NCBI RefSeq assembly: GCF_009914755.1
Contig: NC_060941.1
Origin: the human T2T-CHM13v2.0 reference genome, Homo sapiens
Strand: one strand, 5' to 3'
Length of the DNA stretch: 64,000 nucleotides
Shown here: positions 61,894 through 64,000 of the stretch, piece after piece
How positions within the stretch are numbered: the first letter of the stretch is position 1
How the letters are laid out: each line of letters opens with the position of its first letter
Made by a program: the position numbers and the translations under genes
The notes under the pieces: generated by a model
Told to the model about the DNA's origin: nothing
What the model saw: the letters and a program-made list of their open reading frames with translations, nothing else
Databases searched by the model: none

Positions 61894-62995
61894 TGTAACA
61901 TAAGAAGAAATATATATTTGGTCTCTGCCCCCAGTTCCTAACACAAAGCTCCCAAAACCCTTGAAAATTCCTGAATGATGGCAGTGCTAAGAGCATTGTC
62001 CTTTGTTAGTTTATCATTTTTCTTTTCTCCTAGGTGTTTTTTCCTTTTTAAACTTTTCTTTTAGGTTAGGGGGTACATATGCACGTTCGTTATATAGCTA
62101 AACTTGTGTCATGGGGGTTTGTTGTACAGATTATTTCATCACCCAGGTACCAAGCCTAGTACCCAATAGTTTTTTCTGCTCCTCTCCCTCCTCCCACCCT
62201 CCACCCTCAGGTAGGGCCCAGTGTCTATTGTTTATGAGTTCTCATTATTTTGCTCCCACTTATAAGAACATACAGTATTTGGTTTTCTGTTCCTGTCTTA
62301 GTTTGCTGAGGATAATGGCCTCTAGCTCCATCTGTGTTCCTGCAAAAGACATGATCTCGCTGTTTTTTATGGTTGCACATCTTTTGTTCTAACATTTGGT
62401 CCTTAAACCTGGTTCCTGACACAGAGCTCCTAAATCCCTTGGAATTTTCTGGGTGATAGAAGCGTCCTTTGTTCTCATGAGGTGACTCTTGGTGGGCTCC
62501 TTATTTGGGGACTGGTCACCAAAAAGACCTATGGTTGGAAGTGTTGTGCTGTCAGCCCCATTCCCCATCCTCTGGGGTGGGGAGTGGAGCTGGAGCTCAA
62601 TCATGCCTACGTGATAAAGCCTCCAGAAAACTCCTTAAAAGACAGGACTTGGAGAGCTTCCGGGTTGGCGAACACATCCATGTTCCAGGAGAGTGGTGCA
62701 CCCCAACTCCACAAGGACCCTTCCAGACGTCACCCTGTGTATCTCTTCATCTGGCTTCATCATTTGTGTCCTTTAAAATATCCTTTGTAATAAATCAGCA
62801 ATAGTAAGAAAACTGTTTTCCTGGGTTCCATGAGCTGTTTTAGCAAATGTTCAAACCTGAGGAGGGAGTTGTGGGGACCTCCAATTTATAGCCAGTTGGT
62901 CAGATGCATAGGTGATGCTTGGCCTTGCACCTGGGGTCTGACATGGGGATGGTCCTGTGTGACAGAGCCCTTAACCTGTGGAGTCTGGTGCTCAC
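61894..62995 (+). mobile_element. MER21-group LTR interrupted by an L1P 3' end (about 62040-62372, minus)
   Basis: Repeated TTTGGTC...GTTCCT(A/G)ACACA(A/G)AGCTCC...CCCTTG motif typical of MER21; L1 3' UTR text GGGGGTACATATGCA...ATTATTTCATCACCCAGGTA; AATAAA at 62789-62794. Confidence 0.7.
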
Positions 62996-63794
62996 TCTGC
63001 TTAGGGCTTCTCTGCCTTTTTAGTGTCCTTCTAGAAGGCCTTTCCTTCCTCTTGTCAGCTCAGAAAACTTTTCTTCCACTTCCCTTCTTCTAAACCATCC
63101 CTTACATCTACTCCTTTCCAGCCGACCAAGAGCAGAACCACGGCTGGCTCCACTGCCACCATGCTGTCCCACACTGTCTCCTCGGGATGTATTCAGATGT
63201 CCAACCCTCCCCCCAGTCTAGGAGCCACCCCCCTTTGAGGAAAGGGATGCTGGCCTAGTCAACTCTTTCCCAGCACCAGGCACAGCATCTGGCACATTCC
63301 ATCTTTTTCATGGACTCTCCCCAGGCGGCCTGACCTTCCCTCCTCTGAACCAGTGCATTTCTTGTCTGCATCATGTTTGCCCTAATCAGATACCACCTTA
63401 TTTCCATCTTTTAAAAAATGCTCTATTTCTCTGGCAGGCTTCATCGGAATCACAATTTTCATTCATTTAGTAACTGTTGGCCTTGTATCCACCTCTCTCT
63501 GGCACTCAGGTCTCACTTAAGAGCTGGCTGTCTGTGATTTGCAATCAGTGAGATGGAGACAGAGGGAGCCCTAGGCAGTCATGTTTTGTTCCACCTGACC
63601 CTGGGCGCCACTCCCCCTCCCAGGCTACAGGCGGACATGGGCACCAGCCAGGGAGAGACAGCTCATCCATACTCTGGCCCAGCAGAAACTCTGGGCTTAG
63701 ACAAAACTGCTCAATTGAGGACAAACTGGGCAAAGTAGAATCTTACTTTGGGAGTTTTTAGAAATATGGTGGGGTGGCATTTGGGAATAATAAG

Positions 63795-63955
63795 AATTGT
63801 AGCTGGGCATGGTGGTACGCGCCTGTAGACCCCCAGCTCTGGAGGCTGAGGTAGGAGGATCTTTGGAGCCCAAGAGCTTGAAGCAGCAGTGAGCTATGAA
63901 GCACCACTGCACTCCACCCTGGGTGACAGATCAAGACCCTGTCTGAAAAAAAAAA
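63795..63955 (+). mobile_element. Alu right monomer (FRAM-like)
   Basis: Diverged right arm with A tail. Confidence 0.8.
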
Positions 63956-64000
63956 TGTACACATTTGAGATGCATAAAATTTTCTTGTTATATAAAAAAA

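Noticed and set aside
63000-64000. LRRC37A3 exons
   Set aside because: Expected nearby from duplicon context, but no LRRC37 coding sequence is recognisable within the window.

Overview
Human (primate) genomic DNA, Alu-dense, from a chromosome 17 segmental duplication. Positions 1 to about 48,950 carry, on the minus strand, exons 1-9 of an unprocessed, intron-containing duplicate of PLEKHM1 (RUN-PH-LIR-PH-RH lysosomal adaptor); the remaining exons lie left of the window. Exon lengths and phases match my recollection of PLEKHM1, except exon 5, which has lost its 3' splice site (AG>AT) and has a 2-bp frameshifting deletion. There are also many missense changes. This identifies the copy as the pseudogene PLEKHM1P1 (17q24), with MIR4315-2 inside exon 4 and an intact CpG-island promoter. 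To the right (plus strand) are two pieces of the LRRC37A/ARL17 duplicon: a FAM215A-like ORF with two premature stops, and an orphan copy of the ARL17A/B terminal coding exon with an intact acceptor. Introns hold a U7 snRNA retropseudogene split by nested Alus, solo LTRs (MLT1, MER4 group, MER21 group), L1/L2/MIR/MER3 fossils, several tandem repeats and a local inverted duplication. I see no new gene system. The most interesting hypotheses are (i) loss of the exon-5 acceptor favouring back-splicing of the 627-nt, stop-free, phase-symmetric exon 4 into an infinite-ORF circRNA, and (ii) a split RUN-only / PH-LIR-PH-RH coding potential. Identifications rest on recalled sequences, not database searches.
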